Shown: positions 29,144 through 38,306 of the stretch, piece by piece
Layout: each line of letters begins with the position of its first letter
Numbering within the stretch: the first letter of the stretch is position 1
Assembly (NCBI GenBank): GCA_022599915.1
Contig: JAHZLH010000065.1
Location: 1,155 to 65,154, forward strand
Direction: 5' to 3'
Source: Actinomycetes bacterium
GTDB taxonomy: Bacteria > Actinomycetota > Actinomycetes > S36-B12 > GCA-2699445
Length of the DNA: 64,000 nt
Notes under the pieces: model-generated
What the model saw: only the letters and a program-made list of their open reading frames with translations
What the model was told of the DNA's origin: nothing
Databases searched by the model: none
Translations under genes and position numbers: made by a program

Positions 29144-32100
29144 GTGGCAGGCACCCCGATTAGGGAGATGGGTATGGGTCGCTCTCGGCGCTGGACGCAT
29201 GCCCTTGTAGCAATTGCGGTTGTTCTGCCGTCGATCGGAGTCGGCGCGTGGGCAGCGAATGCTGCAACCGGAACCGTCATCGGAGCGCCGGTGCTGCCGA
29301 CTGCGCAAACAGCACAGACGCGGTCCGCAACACCCCAAAACGATCAGTTGATCATCGAGCGAGTTGGTAACGGGCCGCACGAGTGGGCCTATGTCATCGT
29401 CAATCCCACCCCTCACCCGCTGAAGGTCAACGCGACGATCAACTTTCGCCACGGCTTCGGGAACGGCGGAAGTTGTGGCTCGCGTACCGTTAATGCGACG
29501 GTCCCGGCGAATGGCCAATACAAATTGGACTTGAGCTGGGCGCCCGGTTGGTTTAGGAACTGCGCACCCAGCTACGGCAGGTCGTCGATAACGGTGACCG
29601 GCAATGGTTGGACGGTGACATTTCCACCGAGCAAGCCGAACCCGAACATCCCAACTTCGGTGCAAACCACGGTGCAAAACCAGGTGAAACGCAGTACACC
29701 AGCCGTAACCGTCATCAAAAAGGCCCAGAGTCAGACCAGCGACAAGTACGAGCCGGCAGCTGGGTGGCGGTTCACGGTTAATCCGCGTCCCACCAGCGGC
29801 AGTTACCGTTGGGTGGAGCCAAACAAGGGTGATGGTCCCGGGTCCAAGACGCGGCAAACTGGAGCTGCGGGGCAGACTCGATTCCAGTGGTCGCTCGATT
29901 CCCAGGTGACCTCGAATGTGTCGGTGTCGGAGCAAGTGAAGTCTGGCTACACCTTCTCCCGGGCGCAGTGCACCCGACGCGATAATGGCGTGCTGTCGAA
30001 CGTGTCGCCGTTCCGTAATGGCACTGCGTCGTTCAACACTCGCACGCTGAACATCCCGGTCGGGCCCGACTCTGAGGTGACCTGCGAGTACTACAACAAC
30101 TTCAACTATCAGCCGGGCATCAAGTTGACCAAGACCGCGGTGGACGATCCGGTTCGTGGCAATGCGTCTGGCTGGAATCAGATCTATCGGTTCACGGTCA
30201 CCAACCCAGGTAATACGACGCTGTCAAACATCACCCTGTCGGATGCTCGGTGTACCCCGGGAACGCTAAAGCGCACCGGTGGCGACACCACCAACGACAA
30301 CCTGCTGCAGACCGATGAAACCTGGACCTATACCTGCGCTCGGAAGATTCAGTACGCAACGTCGAATCAGAAGATTTCGGATACCAACCAAGCGGTAGTC
30401 CAAGGAGTCTCTCCAAATCGCAAGATTGTGGTCGACCGCGCGAACAAGACCGTTGACGTCAAGACACCGGCGCTGAGCTTGGTGAAGACTGCTGCGCTCC
30501 CTGACGGTAGCGCCATCGCCGACGGCCAGAAGGTGGCTGCCGGGACGATGATCACCTACGGATATGTCGCCACCAACGTGGGCAACGACACCATCCGCGA
30601 TGTTCAAATCACTGACGACAAGTGCTCGCCGTTGAAGCGGACCGCCGGCAGCGGCAGTAGCCTGGCTCCTGGCGATAGTTGGACCTACACCTGCGACGCC
30701 CGGCTGCTACCGCCCAGTACCGAATCCAGCGTCACCAACGTGGCGACCGTGTCCGGCTTGTGGTCCAACCCCAACAACAAGACCCAGAACAACAGTCGAG
30801 TCACCGCCAGTGCGCGCAAGACCATCGGCGTCAACCGAGCTGCCATGATCACGGTGATCAAAGAGGTCAACCCGCTACCCGCGGCAGACCAGGACTTCGA
30901 TTTCACGATCACCGGGAACGGTGCCGGGGTGGCCAGTGCTGATGCCGCCTTCACCCTGAACCCGGGCGCGACTCCGGCACAGTTCTCCCGGCAGATCTCT
31001 GTAACCCCCACACCAGGGAATAACGAATACGTCATCACAGAAGGGGCGCTACCGAGTGGCTGGACCTTCGATGAGGTGTTGTGTGACAAGACTGATGGAG
31101 TCGCGTACAACCAGCAGAGCGCGACGCTGTCCGACATAGCGATTGGCGACAATGTCACCTGCGTATTTACCAACCAGATTGAACCCAAACTCACGATCCG
31201 CAAGCAGGCGGTGGGCACTGACGGAAACCCGGACAACTCCTCGACCTTTACCTTCAGTCGAAACGGTGTTAGTGATTTCACCCTAAAGAATGGCGAATCC
31301 CAGGTGGTACAACCGGGGACCGAAAAGGTGAATGAAACTGCCACCAGCGTGGGCGACCCGAGTGACCACTGGAGCACTTCTATTTCTTGTACGGGAGTCG
31401 GCGCCGAACGAGTCACGGTAGATATGACAATCGCTGATCCCGAGGTAGACGGTTCCGGTTTGCTAGCGGGCGACGACGTTACCTGTCTGTTTGTGAATAC
31501 CAGGAAGGACCCGCCGGAAGCCACGCTGACGATCACCAAGCACCTTGATCCGGTGGGAAGTGGCCCTGCCTTCGACTTTGAGCTCTCCGGCGGTCAATCC
31601 GAGTCCTTCTCACTGCAGCCAGATGCAACCGGTTCGGCATCGAAGACCGTGACGTTATCTCCGGCCAACGATCCAACGAAGTATGTGCTGAGCGAAACGG
31701 TGACTGCCGGATGGTCGCTCAAGGACAAGGGCATCGTCTGTAACGGTGCGACCGGGGTTCCTGGGCCTACCTACGATTTTTCGACGGCCACCGCGACCCT
31801 ACACATCAATAGCGGCGACGCAGTCACCTGTCAGTTCACCAACCAAAAGAACGCCTCGCTAACTGTGGCGAAATCGGCTTCGTTTGATGCGGATGCGTCC
31901 ATCCTGTTCCCGTTCGAGTGGAACGTGCCATCGCCGAAGTCCTTCTCGCTGGCCAATGGTGAGCTGGCGGGCGCACAGGTCGGTGTGGGCACCTATCAGG
32001 TACGGGAACAGTTGAGCTCTAGTTCCGTTCCGACGGATTGGTATCTAGCGGGTGATCCGGTGTGTACGGGGACTACTGCTACGCCCACTGCCCTCCCGTC

Positions 32101-33493
32101 ACCGAATCCGGGGGTTGAGATTCAGATCGGCACCGGTGAAGATGCGCGGTGTGTGTTCACCAACTACTACGACTACCGACCGGCGATCCAGTTGGTGAAG
32201 ACGGTCGATCAGCCGGTGATCCTGCAGGGCGGTTCGGCCACCTACACCTACGTAGTGACTAACACCGGCAACGAGAATATCGAGACCAGTGATCCGAACA
32301 GCATGGTCACCGACGACAAGTGTTCTTCGGTGACGCGGACCTCCGGCAGCGGCAACGTCCTGGCCAAGGGCCCGGATCTGGCGACGCCGGGGGAGTCGTG
32401 GACATTTACCTGTACTGCGACCGGCATCACCGACGACACCACCAACGTAGCCACCGCAACGATGACCGGGGTGACGAGTAAGAACACCGTGACCTCGACC
32501 GATAAGGCCTTCGTTGAGGTCCGCAAGCCGCAGGTGATCTTGACCAAACAGGCGAAGCGGACCTTGGTCTACACCGGCGCTGATGTGAAGTACGTCTACT
32601 GGTTGCAGAACAGCGGTCAGACCGACTTCGACGGTTCTGGCGCGAAACGCACCGAGTGGGTGGGGGACAACAAGTGCACGCCGCTGGCCTACAAGTCGGG
32701 TGACACTGGGAAGGATAAGACGCTGGCTGTCGGTGAGATTTGGAAGTTCACCTGTACCGACCAGATCGATCAGAAATTGACGAACCGGGCATCGGCGCAG
32801 CCAACGCCAGTTTTGGCGCAGACGCCAACGCCAACACCTGATCCCACCCAGACCACGACTCCTACTCCCAGCCCCACCCAGACCGGGACCCCCACGCCGT
32901 CGCCGACGCAAACTGGCACGCCGACCCCTACGCCGAGTCCCACCGGAACTCCGGTGAAGCCGGATAAGGTCAAGCAGACCGTGAAGGTCGTGAAGCGGGG
33001 CGGAATGACGGTGTCTAAGTCGGCATCTGCCGACAAGGTTCCCTCTGGCAGTTATGTCACCTACACCTACCGGGTGCGCAACACCGGAGATCTACCACTG
33101 GCCAAGGTCAAAGCATGGATCGCTGACGATAAGTGCGCCGAGATCTACTACGTCAGTGGAGACAGCAACAACAATAATCTGTTGGACGGCAAGCAGGCGG
33201 GCGGCAAGAGCAACGAGACCTGGGTGTTCGAGTGCACGTCTCGCCTCTACCAGACCACCACCAACAAGGTCACCGTCTACGGCCAGCCGAAGAACGGCCA
33301 GGGCAAGAAGGTCGGCCCGCCGGTGAGCAAGTCTGAGAAGAAAACTGTCACGGTGACCGGTTCCGGTGGTCAGACCCCCGCGACAACCGGTGGTTCGATC
33401 ATGCTCGGGTTGCTGACCTCAATCGTGCTGATCGCCTCCGGAGCGACGTTGGTCTTGGTGGTGCGGGAACGTCGGTACCTGCGGGATTCCTAA
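29144..33493 (+). CDS. Giant cell-wall-anchored surface protein (DUF11-type repeat domains + SpaA/prealbumin-fold domains, PT linker, C-terminal sorting signal)
   Basis: 1449 aa with a signal peptide (RSRRWTHALVAIAVVLPSIGVGAWAANA). There are 5 repeat domains of the type VTNTGN...DDKC-x15-35-(E/D)(S/T)W.(F/Y).C and 5 domains ending (V/A)(T/R)C.(F/Y).N. The C-terminus is TPATTG + hydrophobic helix + RERRYLRDS. Confidence 0.85.
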   Translation: MAGTPIREMGMGRSRRWTHALVAIAVVLPSIGVGAWAANAATGTVIGAPVLPTAQTAQTRSATPQNDQLIIERVGNGPHEWAYVIVNPTPHPLKVNATINFRHGFGNGGSCGSRTVNATVPANGQYKLDLSWAPGWFRNCAPSYGRSSITVTGNGWTVTFPPSKPNPNIPTSVQTTVQNQVKRSTPAVTVIKKAQSQTSDKYEPAAGWRFTVNPRPTSGSYRWVEPNKGDGPGSKTRQTGAAGQTRFQWSLDSQVTSNVSVSEQVKSGYTFSRAQCTRRDNGVLSNVSPFRNGTASFNTRTLNIPVGPDSEVTCEYYNNFNYQPGIKLTKTAVDDPVRGNASGWNQIYRFTVTNPGNTTLSNITLSDARCTPGTLKRTGGDTTNDNLLQTDETWTYTCARKIQYATSNQKISDTNQAVVQGVSPNRKIVVDRANKTVDVKTPALSLVKTAALPDGSAIADGQKVAAGTMITYGYVATNVGNDTIRDVQITDDKCSPLKRTAGSGSSLAPGDSWTYTCDARLLPPSTESSVTNVATVSGLWSNPNNKTQNNSRVTASARKTIGVNRAAMITVIKEVNPLPAADQDFDFTITGNGAGVASADAAFTLNPGATPAQFSRQISVTPTPGNNEYVITEGALPSGWTFDEVLCDKTDGVAYNQQSATLSDIAIGDNVTCVFTNQIEPKLTIRKQAVGTDGNPDNSSTFTFSRNGVSDFTLKNGESQVVQPGTEKVNETATSVGDPSDHWSTSISCTGVGAERVTVDMTIADPEVDGSGLLAGDDVTCLFVNTRKDPPEATLTITKHLDPVGSGPAFDFELSGGQSESFSLQPDATGSASKTVTLSPANDPTKYVLSETVTAGWSLKDKGIVCNGATGVPGPTYDFSTATATLHINSGDAVTCQFTNQKNASLTVAKSASFDADASILFPFEWNVPSPKSFSLANGELAGAQVGVGTYQVREQLSSSSVPTDWYLAGDPVCTGTTATPTALPSPNPGVEIQIGTGEDARCVFTNYYDYRPAIQLVKTVDQPVILQGGSATYTYVVTNTGNENIETSDPNSMVTDDKCSSVTRTSGSGNVLAKGPDLATPGESWTFTCTATGITDDTTNVATATMTGVTSKNTVTSTDKAFVEVRKPQVILTKQAKRTLVYTGADVKYVYWLQNSGQTDFDGSGAKRTEWVGDNKCTPLAYKSGDTGKDKTLAVGEIWKFTCTDQIDQKLTNRASAQPTPVLAQTPTPTPDPTQTTTPTPSPTQTGTPTPSPTQTGTPTPTPSPTGTPVKPDKVKQTVKVVKRGGMTVSKSASADKVPSGSYVTYTYRVRNTGDLPLAKVKAWIADDKCAEIYYVSGDSNNNNLLDGKQAGGKSNETWVFECTSRLYQTTTNKVTVYGQPKNGQGKKVGPPVSKSEKKTVTVTGSGGQTPATTGGSIMLGLLTSIVLIASGATLVLVVRERRYLRDS
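32801..32953 (+). repeat. Pro/Thr-rich linker with internal PTPSPTQTGT x2 repeat
   Basis: Encodes PTPVLAQTPTPTPDPTQTTTPTPSPTQTGTPTPSPTQTGTPTPTPSPTGTP inside the 29144-33493 gene. Confidence 0.8.
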
Positions 33494-33549
33494 TCCCAGC
33501 GGATCGTCTGGGGAGGGCGATTGCTGCCCGACGGGGCAGGAGTCCTCGG

Positions 33550-34917
33550 TCAGGAACCGGTGTAGTACTTGTCGACGTCGCCGAACGCCTCGTCCAAGAT
33601 GGCGAGCCCCTCTGATGCCTCTGCTTCGGTGACGACACACGGCGGAACCACATGTAGCCGGTTGAAGTTGGCGAATGGCAGCAAGCCACGCGACATGCAG
33701 CCTTTGGTGAGTGCCCCCATCGCTTCGCTGGTGCCGCCATAGGGGGCCAACGGTTCGCGGGTGCTCCGATCGGTCACCAGATCGAGCGCCCAGAACACCC
33801 CTAGCCCGCGGACCTCACCAATGACGGGATGCTTGTCCGCCAGCTCGGCCAGACCGGGACCGAGAACGTCATTGCCGATGGCAGCGGCGTTCTCGATGAT
33901 CTTCTCTTCACGCATCGCGGTGATCGCTGCCAGCGATGATGCGCACGCCAGCGGGTGACCGCTGTAGGTGAGTCCACCGGGGAACACCCGTTCATCGAAG
34001 GTGGCGGCGATGTCGTCGCTAATGATCACACCACCGAGTGGGACGTAGCCGCTGTTGGAACCCTTCGCAAAAACAATCAGGTCGGGGGAGACGCCCCAGT
34101 GATCAATCGCCAACCAGGCTCCGGTGCGGCCAAAGCCAGCCATCACTTCGTCGGCGATGTAGATAATCCCGTACTTGTCGCATAAGTCCCGAACGCCTTG
34201 CAGGTAGCCGGGCGGTGGAATCAGCACGCCGGCAGTGCCCACGACGGATTCGATCATCACTGCGGCGACCGTCTTCGGGCCTTCGAACTGAATGACTTGC
34301 TCCAGATGGTCCAGGGCTCGCTGACATTCCTCTTCCTCAGTCTGGGCCCAAAACGACGAGCGATAGAGGTAGGGGCCAAAGAAGTGCACGTGACCGAACG
34401 AGAACTCGTTGGGCCAGCGGCGGGGGTCACCGGTGGCGTTGATGGCGGCACCGGTATTGCCGTGGTAACTGCGGTAGAAACTCAAGACCTTGTGTCGGCC
34501 GGTGTGAATCCGGGCCATCCGCACCGCATTCTCGGCAGCATCAGCGCCACCGTTGGTGAAGAAGACTTTGTTCAGCCCAGCTGGTGCTAGTTCCGTGATC
34601 GCCTTGGCGGTGCGGCCACGTACTAGCGAGGCGTGCTGCGGTGCCAGCGTCGCCTGCACGGCGGCCTGCTCCTGGATTGCCTGGATGACGGCAGGGTGTT
34701 GATGACCGATGTTGGTATTCACCAACTGGCTGGAGAAATCCAGGTACGAGGTGTCGTCGAAGTCCCATACTCGGGATCCTTCACCCCCGGCGAGGACGAG
34801 GGGTTTCAGGGCGCCTTGAGCGCTCCACGAATGAAAGACGTGTGAGCGATCGAGGTCGAAGGCTTCCGAATTGCTGCCTTCCGCCCGGGCATTTCCGTTG
34901 ATTCCGCCATCAGTCAT
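33550..34917 (-). CDS. Class-III (omega) aminotransferase, PLP-dependent
   Basis: 455 aa with DEVMAGFGRTG and FAKGSNSG (PLP-Lys) motifs. Overall aspartate-aminotransferase fold type I, class III pattern. Confidence 0.9.
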   Translation of the reverse strand: MTDGGINGNARAEGSNSEAFDLDRSHVFHSWSAQGALKPLVLAGGEGSRVWDFDDTSYLDFSSQLVNTNIGHQHPAVIQAIQEQAAVQATLAPQHASLVRGRTAKAITELAPAGLNKVFFTNGGADAAENAVRMARIHTGRHKVLSFYRSYHGNTGAAINATGDPRRWPNEFSFGHVHFFGPYLYRSSFWAQTEEEECQRALDHLEQVIQFEGPKTVAAVMIESVVGTAGVLIPPPGYLQGVRDLCDKYGIIYIADEVMAGFGRTGAWLAIDHWGVSPDLIVFAKGSNSGYVPLGGVIISDDIAATFDERVFPGGLTYSGHPLACASSLAAITAMREEKIIENAAAIGNDVLGPGLAELADKHPVIGEVRGLGVFWALDLVTDRSTREPLAPYGGTSEAMGALTKGCMSRGLLPFANFNRLHVVPPCVVTEAEASEGLAILDEAFGDVDKYYTGS

Positions 34918-34977
34918 GCAGAAAGCCTATCTGTTCCGCAGAACCTGAGGGAACAGCAGCGGCGGGGTAATCGTGGG

Positions 34978-36666
34978 TCAGCGAACCCGCCAACCTCGTT
35001 GCCAGCGGTACTTGCCTGCGTCGGTCTTCACCACAACTTTCACGACAACCCGGCGATTGCCGCCAAGCGCCTTAACCGCTAGTCGGGTGTCATTCTTCTT
35101 CACCTTGGTCTGGTTGCGCTGTTGTCCCTTGACCTTGTGGCGGATCTTTACCTGTCCGTCGCTGGCGACCTGCCACACCAGTCGCTGCCACTTGCCCGCC
35201 GTGACGGCCTTGCGCTTGCTGCGGGCCCGCAGGCTGAGGGTCTCGTTATCGGGAAGGCCGGGACCGAGCTCCGCGGGCCGCGCTGGCTTACCGCCGCTGG
35301 CGTCGCCAGCGCCAGGTGCGCCACTGGTGGGGCTACCGTCGCCCGGGCCGCTGCTGCCGGGGCCCTCACTACCAGGATCTTCACCAACGGGATCTCCGCC
35401 ACCAGGGCTACCGCCACCAGGATCCTCGCCGCTAGGCGGCTGAAGATCGGCGCGGCAGCCGCTGTCTGGCTGAATGGTGACCTGTAGTGCAGCGGCATCG
35501 TCGAAACGGACCAGCGGGTTGGGTTTGCCGTTGTTGCCGAAGTGGTCGCTGAACGGCATGCCGTAGATCGTGCTGTTGGCGTTGATCACTGATCCGTAGA
35601 CATTCCAGGCGGTGAAGTTTTCCCCACCCGGTCGGGCTGCGGCGAAGGCCGTCGGCGGCGGATCGGCGGCGTAGGTGGCTGAGTCGTTGCCGTGGACGCC
35701 GCCCCAGTAGCCGTAGGAAAGTCCCGCGACCAGATCCCGGTAGATAGCGGCGTAGACGTCGTTTTGGCCGACGTTGGCGGGGCTGCCGCCCACCGTGTAC
35801 GGGCCATTTTGGCTGTATCCGGCCTTGGCCAACTCAGTGCCGGAGGTGAACAGTGTCTGGTTGGCGCCGTCACCAGCGGTCCCAGTGAGTGTGATCGAGC
35901 CGTCGCCGGCGAAGGTCCCGGTGTAGTCGTAGGCCGGGGCACCTTCGGTGCCGTAGTAGCGACCCTGAATCCGGATCGTCTCGCCAGCAAGGGATTGCAC
36001 GTAGTCGATCAGATCGGGGTAGGGGCCGGGGCGAGTCGCCGGGGCCACGATCCGTGCGAATCCGCCGTCGGTGGTTTGCCGCTCAGCACTCGCCGGTACG
36101 CCAGCTGCCGCCAGTTGTTGCCGAATCACGTCAGTGAAGCAGTCCAAGCCGCGGAAGCGCCCGGGAATCATGGTGCCGCCGTTGTCCACCGCGACCAGAT
36201 CCAGTGGTATGCCGAACATCGCCACCGCCGACAGATTCCCAATCCCGACCGCCGGTGTGGTTTCTGGTGTGTAGGTCAGTTCGACAACGTCGAACCGTGT
36301 TGTAGATGTATCAGGGCTGGGTTCCGGGACGGCTGTCACCGGATTGTCGAAGGACAACCAGACCCGACCAGCGACCGCTCGATCGAGCCGGAAGTGCCGA
36401 TGCCCGCGTGAGGAGAGTGGTAAGTCGGTGAGTCGAATAGGCCTAGCGTCCGAAATATCCGCAGAACCATTAGCGGCAGTGAACATGACGTACACGTCGC
36501 TGTCGGGTTGGCCGCTGTTATTGCGGATTTCGATGTCGATCCCGGTGGCGGTTGTTTGCGCTGCCCAAGCTGGTGAACTCAGTAGGGCGAAGACAACGGC
36601 CGCCGCTATCCCCAACACTGCGATGGCCTGATGAAGTGTCGTTGTGCGGTGCGCCAGTTGTGCCAC
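34978..36666 (-). CDS. Secreted beta-1,3-glucanase-like protein (GH64 family) with PG-rich linker and Lys/Arg-rich C-terminal module
   Basis: 562 aa with a signal peptide. IEIRNNSGQPDSDVYVMF, GRVWLSFDNP, FDVVELTY and GNLSAVAMFGIPLDL match my recollection of GH64/thaumatin-like glucanases. An ~80-aa G/P/D/S linker follows, then an 88-aa basic module. Confidence 0.7.
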   Translation of the reverse strand: MAQLAHRTTTLHQAIAVLGIAAAVVFALLSSPAWAAQTTATGIDIEIRNNSGQPDSDVYVMFTAANGSADISDARPIRLTDLPLSSRGHRHFRLDRAVAGRVWLSFDNPVTAVPEPSPDTSTTRFDVVELTYTPETTPAVGIGNLSAVAMFGIPLDLVAVDNGGTMIPGRFRGLDCFTDVIRQQLAAAGVPASAERQTTDGGFARIVAPATRPGPYPDLIDYVQSLAGETIRIQGRYYGTEGAPAYDYTGTFAGDGSITLTGTAGDGANQTLFTSGTELAKAGYSQNGPYTVGGSPANVGQNDVYAAIYRDLVAGLSYGYWGGVHGNDSATYAADPPPTAFAAARPGGENFTAWNVYGSVINANSTIYGMPFSDHFGNNGKPNPLVRFDDAAALQVTIQPDSGCRADLQPPSGEDPGGGSPGGGDPVGEDPGSEGPGSSGPGDGSPTSGAPGAGDASGGKPARPAELGPGLPDNETLSLRARSKRKAVTAGKWQRLVWQVASDGQVKIRHKVKGQQRNQTKVKKNDTRLAVKALGGNRRVVVKVVVKTDAGKYRWQRGWRVR

Positions 36667-36843
36667 GGCTTCACTCTCACCTCGTTGCTCGGTATATCCG
36701 AAGTCTTCGGCGTGCCCGTTGCTGGCTTTAATCGCGCATTCGAGTGAAGGGTCGTGGCGGGTCTGGCTTTGCAGGTGTTCTGCGCGCTCACCTATGAGCG
36801 CTAATGGTGCAGTGAAAGTTTTTTCGCAGCGGTATTGCTACCT

Positions 36844-36874
36844 AAGTTTACAGAAACTAGCATTGTGTAAAGTT
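36844..36874. promoter_or_regulatory. AT-rich imperfect inverted repeat in the alkB promoter region (candidate TetR/AlkU operator)
   Basis: AAGTTTACA-N13-TGTAAAGTT (8/9 complementary), 47-77 nt upstream of the alkB ATG (36921). It sits in the most AT-rich stretch of the region. A strong RBS AAGGAGG is at 36909-15. Confidence 0.25.
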
Positions 36875-36920
36875 TGGAGGCGCGGGCGGGGGGCTCGCCG
36901 ACTCCGGCGAAGGAGGAAAC

Positions 36921-38114
36921 ATGGCACAGGCGGCGCCCGATACTGAGCTAGCGACCGAGCAGTGGACAGACAGGAAGCGGTACCTCTGGCTGTTCGGCCT
37001 GCTGATCCCAACCTTCCCATTCATGGGTGGCGGGTTGGCGGCCCTGACTGGCTGGGATGTTTTCTGGTACATCGGCCCAGTTCTCATTCTGATTGTGATT
37101 CCGTTGATCGATCTGGGATCTGGCTTGGATCGCGCTAATCCGCCGGATGACCTGATCAAGTCCCTGGAAGAGGACAAGTACTACCGCTGGGTGACCTACC
37201 TCTACCTGCCGTTGCAATATGTCGCACTGGTGTGGGCCTGCTGGCTGTGGTCGGGGGACTCGCTGTCGCTGTTCGCCGAAATCGGCCTGGCTCTGACGGT
37301 GGGCACCGTGGCCGGCGTGGGCATTAACACCGCACACGAGCTGGGTCACAAGCGCGAGAAGGTGGAGCGTTGGCTGGCCAAGATCGCATTGGCACAGTCC
37401 TTCTACGGGCATTTCTACATTGAGCACAATCGTGGCCATCACGTGAAGGTTGCGACACCCGAAGATCCGGCTAGTGCCCGGTTGGGCGAGAATTTGTACG
37501 CCTTCCTGCCGCGCACCATCGGCGGTAGCGTCCGTAGCGCTTGGCGGCTGGAGCAGCCCCGGTTCAAGCGTCGTAATGAGTCGCACTGGTCGATTCACAA
37601 TGACGTGTTGAACGCCTGGCTGATGTCGCTGGTGCTGTGGGTAGCACTAGTCGCCGTTTTCGGGATCAGGATCCTGCCGTTCCTGGTGCTGCAAGCGCTG
37701 GTGGGAATCGTCTTGTTGGAGACCGTCAACTACCTAGAGCACTACGGGCTGCTGCGGCAGCGCGAGAAAACCGGTCGCTGGGAGCGAGTGATTCCGGCTC
37801 ATAGTTGGAACAGCAACAACATCGCTACCAACGTTTTGCTCTATCACTTGCAGCGGCACAGTGACCACCACGCCAACCCTACGCGGCGCTACCAGGCGTT
37901 GCGGGACGACCAAGAAGCCCCGGTATTACCCACCGGCTACGCGGGCATGATCGTGTTGGCGTTGTTCCCGCCGATTTGGCGTCGGGTGATGGATCAGCGC
38001 GTCACAGATCATTACCAAGGTGATGTGACCAAGGCGAACATTCAGCCGTCCAAGCGCGAGAAGGTGCTAGCAACCTACGGTGTGCCGCAGGATGTGCCAC
38101 CCTTGTCGGCATGA
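36921..38114 (+). CDS. alkB: Alkane 1-monooxygenase (integral-membrane di-iron hydroxylase)
   Basis: 397 aa with the histidine boxes HELGHK, EHNRGHH and LQRHSDHH plus NYLEHYGL. Confidence 0.95.
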   Translation: MAQAAPDTELATEQWTDRKRYLWLFGLLIPTFPFMGGGLAALTGWDVFWYIGPVLILIVIPLIDLGSGLDRANPPDDLIKSLEEDKYYRWVTYLYLPLQYVALVWACWLWSGDSLSLFAEIGLALTVGTVAGVGINTAHELGHKREKVERWLAKIALAQSFYGHFYIEHNRGHHVKVATPEDPASARLGENLYAFLPRTIGGSVRSAWRLEQPRFKRRNESHWSIHNDVLNAWLMSLVLWVALVAVFGIRILPFLVLQALVGIVLLETVNYLEHYGLLRQREKTGRWERVIPAHSWNSNNIATNVLLYHLQRHSDHHANPTRRYQALRDDQEAPVLPTGYAGMIVLALFPPIWRRVMDQRVTDHYQGDVTKANIQPSKREKVLATYGVPQDVPPLSA

Positions 38115-38299
38115 GCCGGTTTCAGTGCGATACCTGTGATTACATCTATGACGAAACCGTCGGTAACGACCACGAGGGTTTCCCAGCCGGAACCAAGTGG
38201 GAAGACGTCCCCGACGACTGGCCGTGTCCCGACTGCGGAGTCCGAGACAAGGTTGACTTCATCGCCCTCGACGCGGAAGTCGAGGAGCCGAAAGACTGA
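38111..38299 (+). CDS. rubA: Rubredoxin
   Basis: 62 aa with two CxxC knuckles (CDTCDYIYDE ... WPCPDCG). ATGA overlap with alkB. Confidence 0.95.
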   Translation: MSRFQCDTCDYIYDETVGNDHEGFPAGTKWEDVPDDWPCPDCGVRDKVDFIALDAEVEEPKD

Positions 38300-38306
38300 C
38301 CTAGCA

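Noticed and set aside
38136-38306. 5' extension of the TetR ORF overlapping rubredoxin.
   Set aside because: It is out of frame over a textbook rubredoxin, and the peptide (TSMTKPSVTTTRVSQPEPSGK...) has no TetR features. The HTH begins after 38330.
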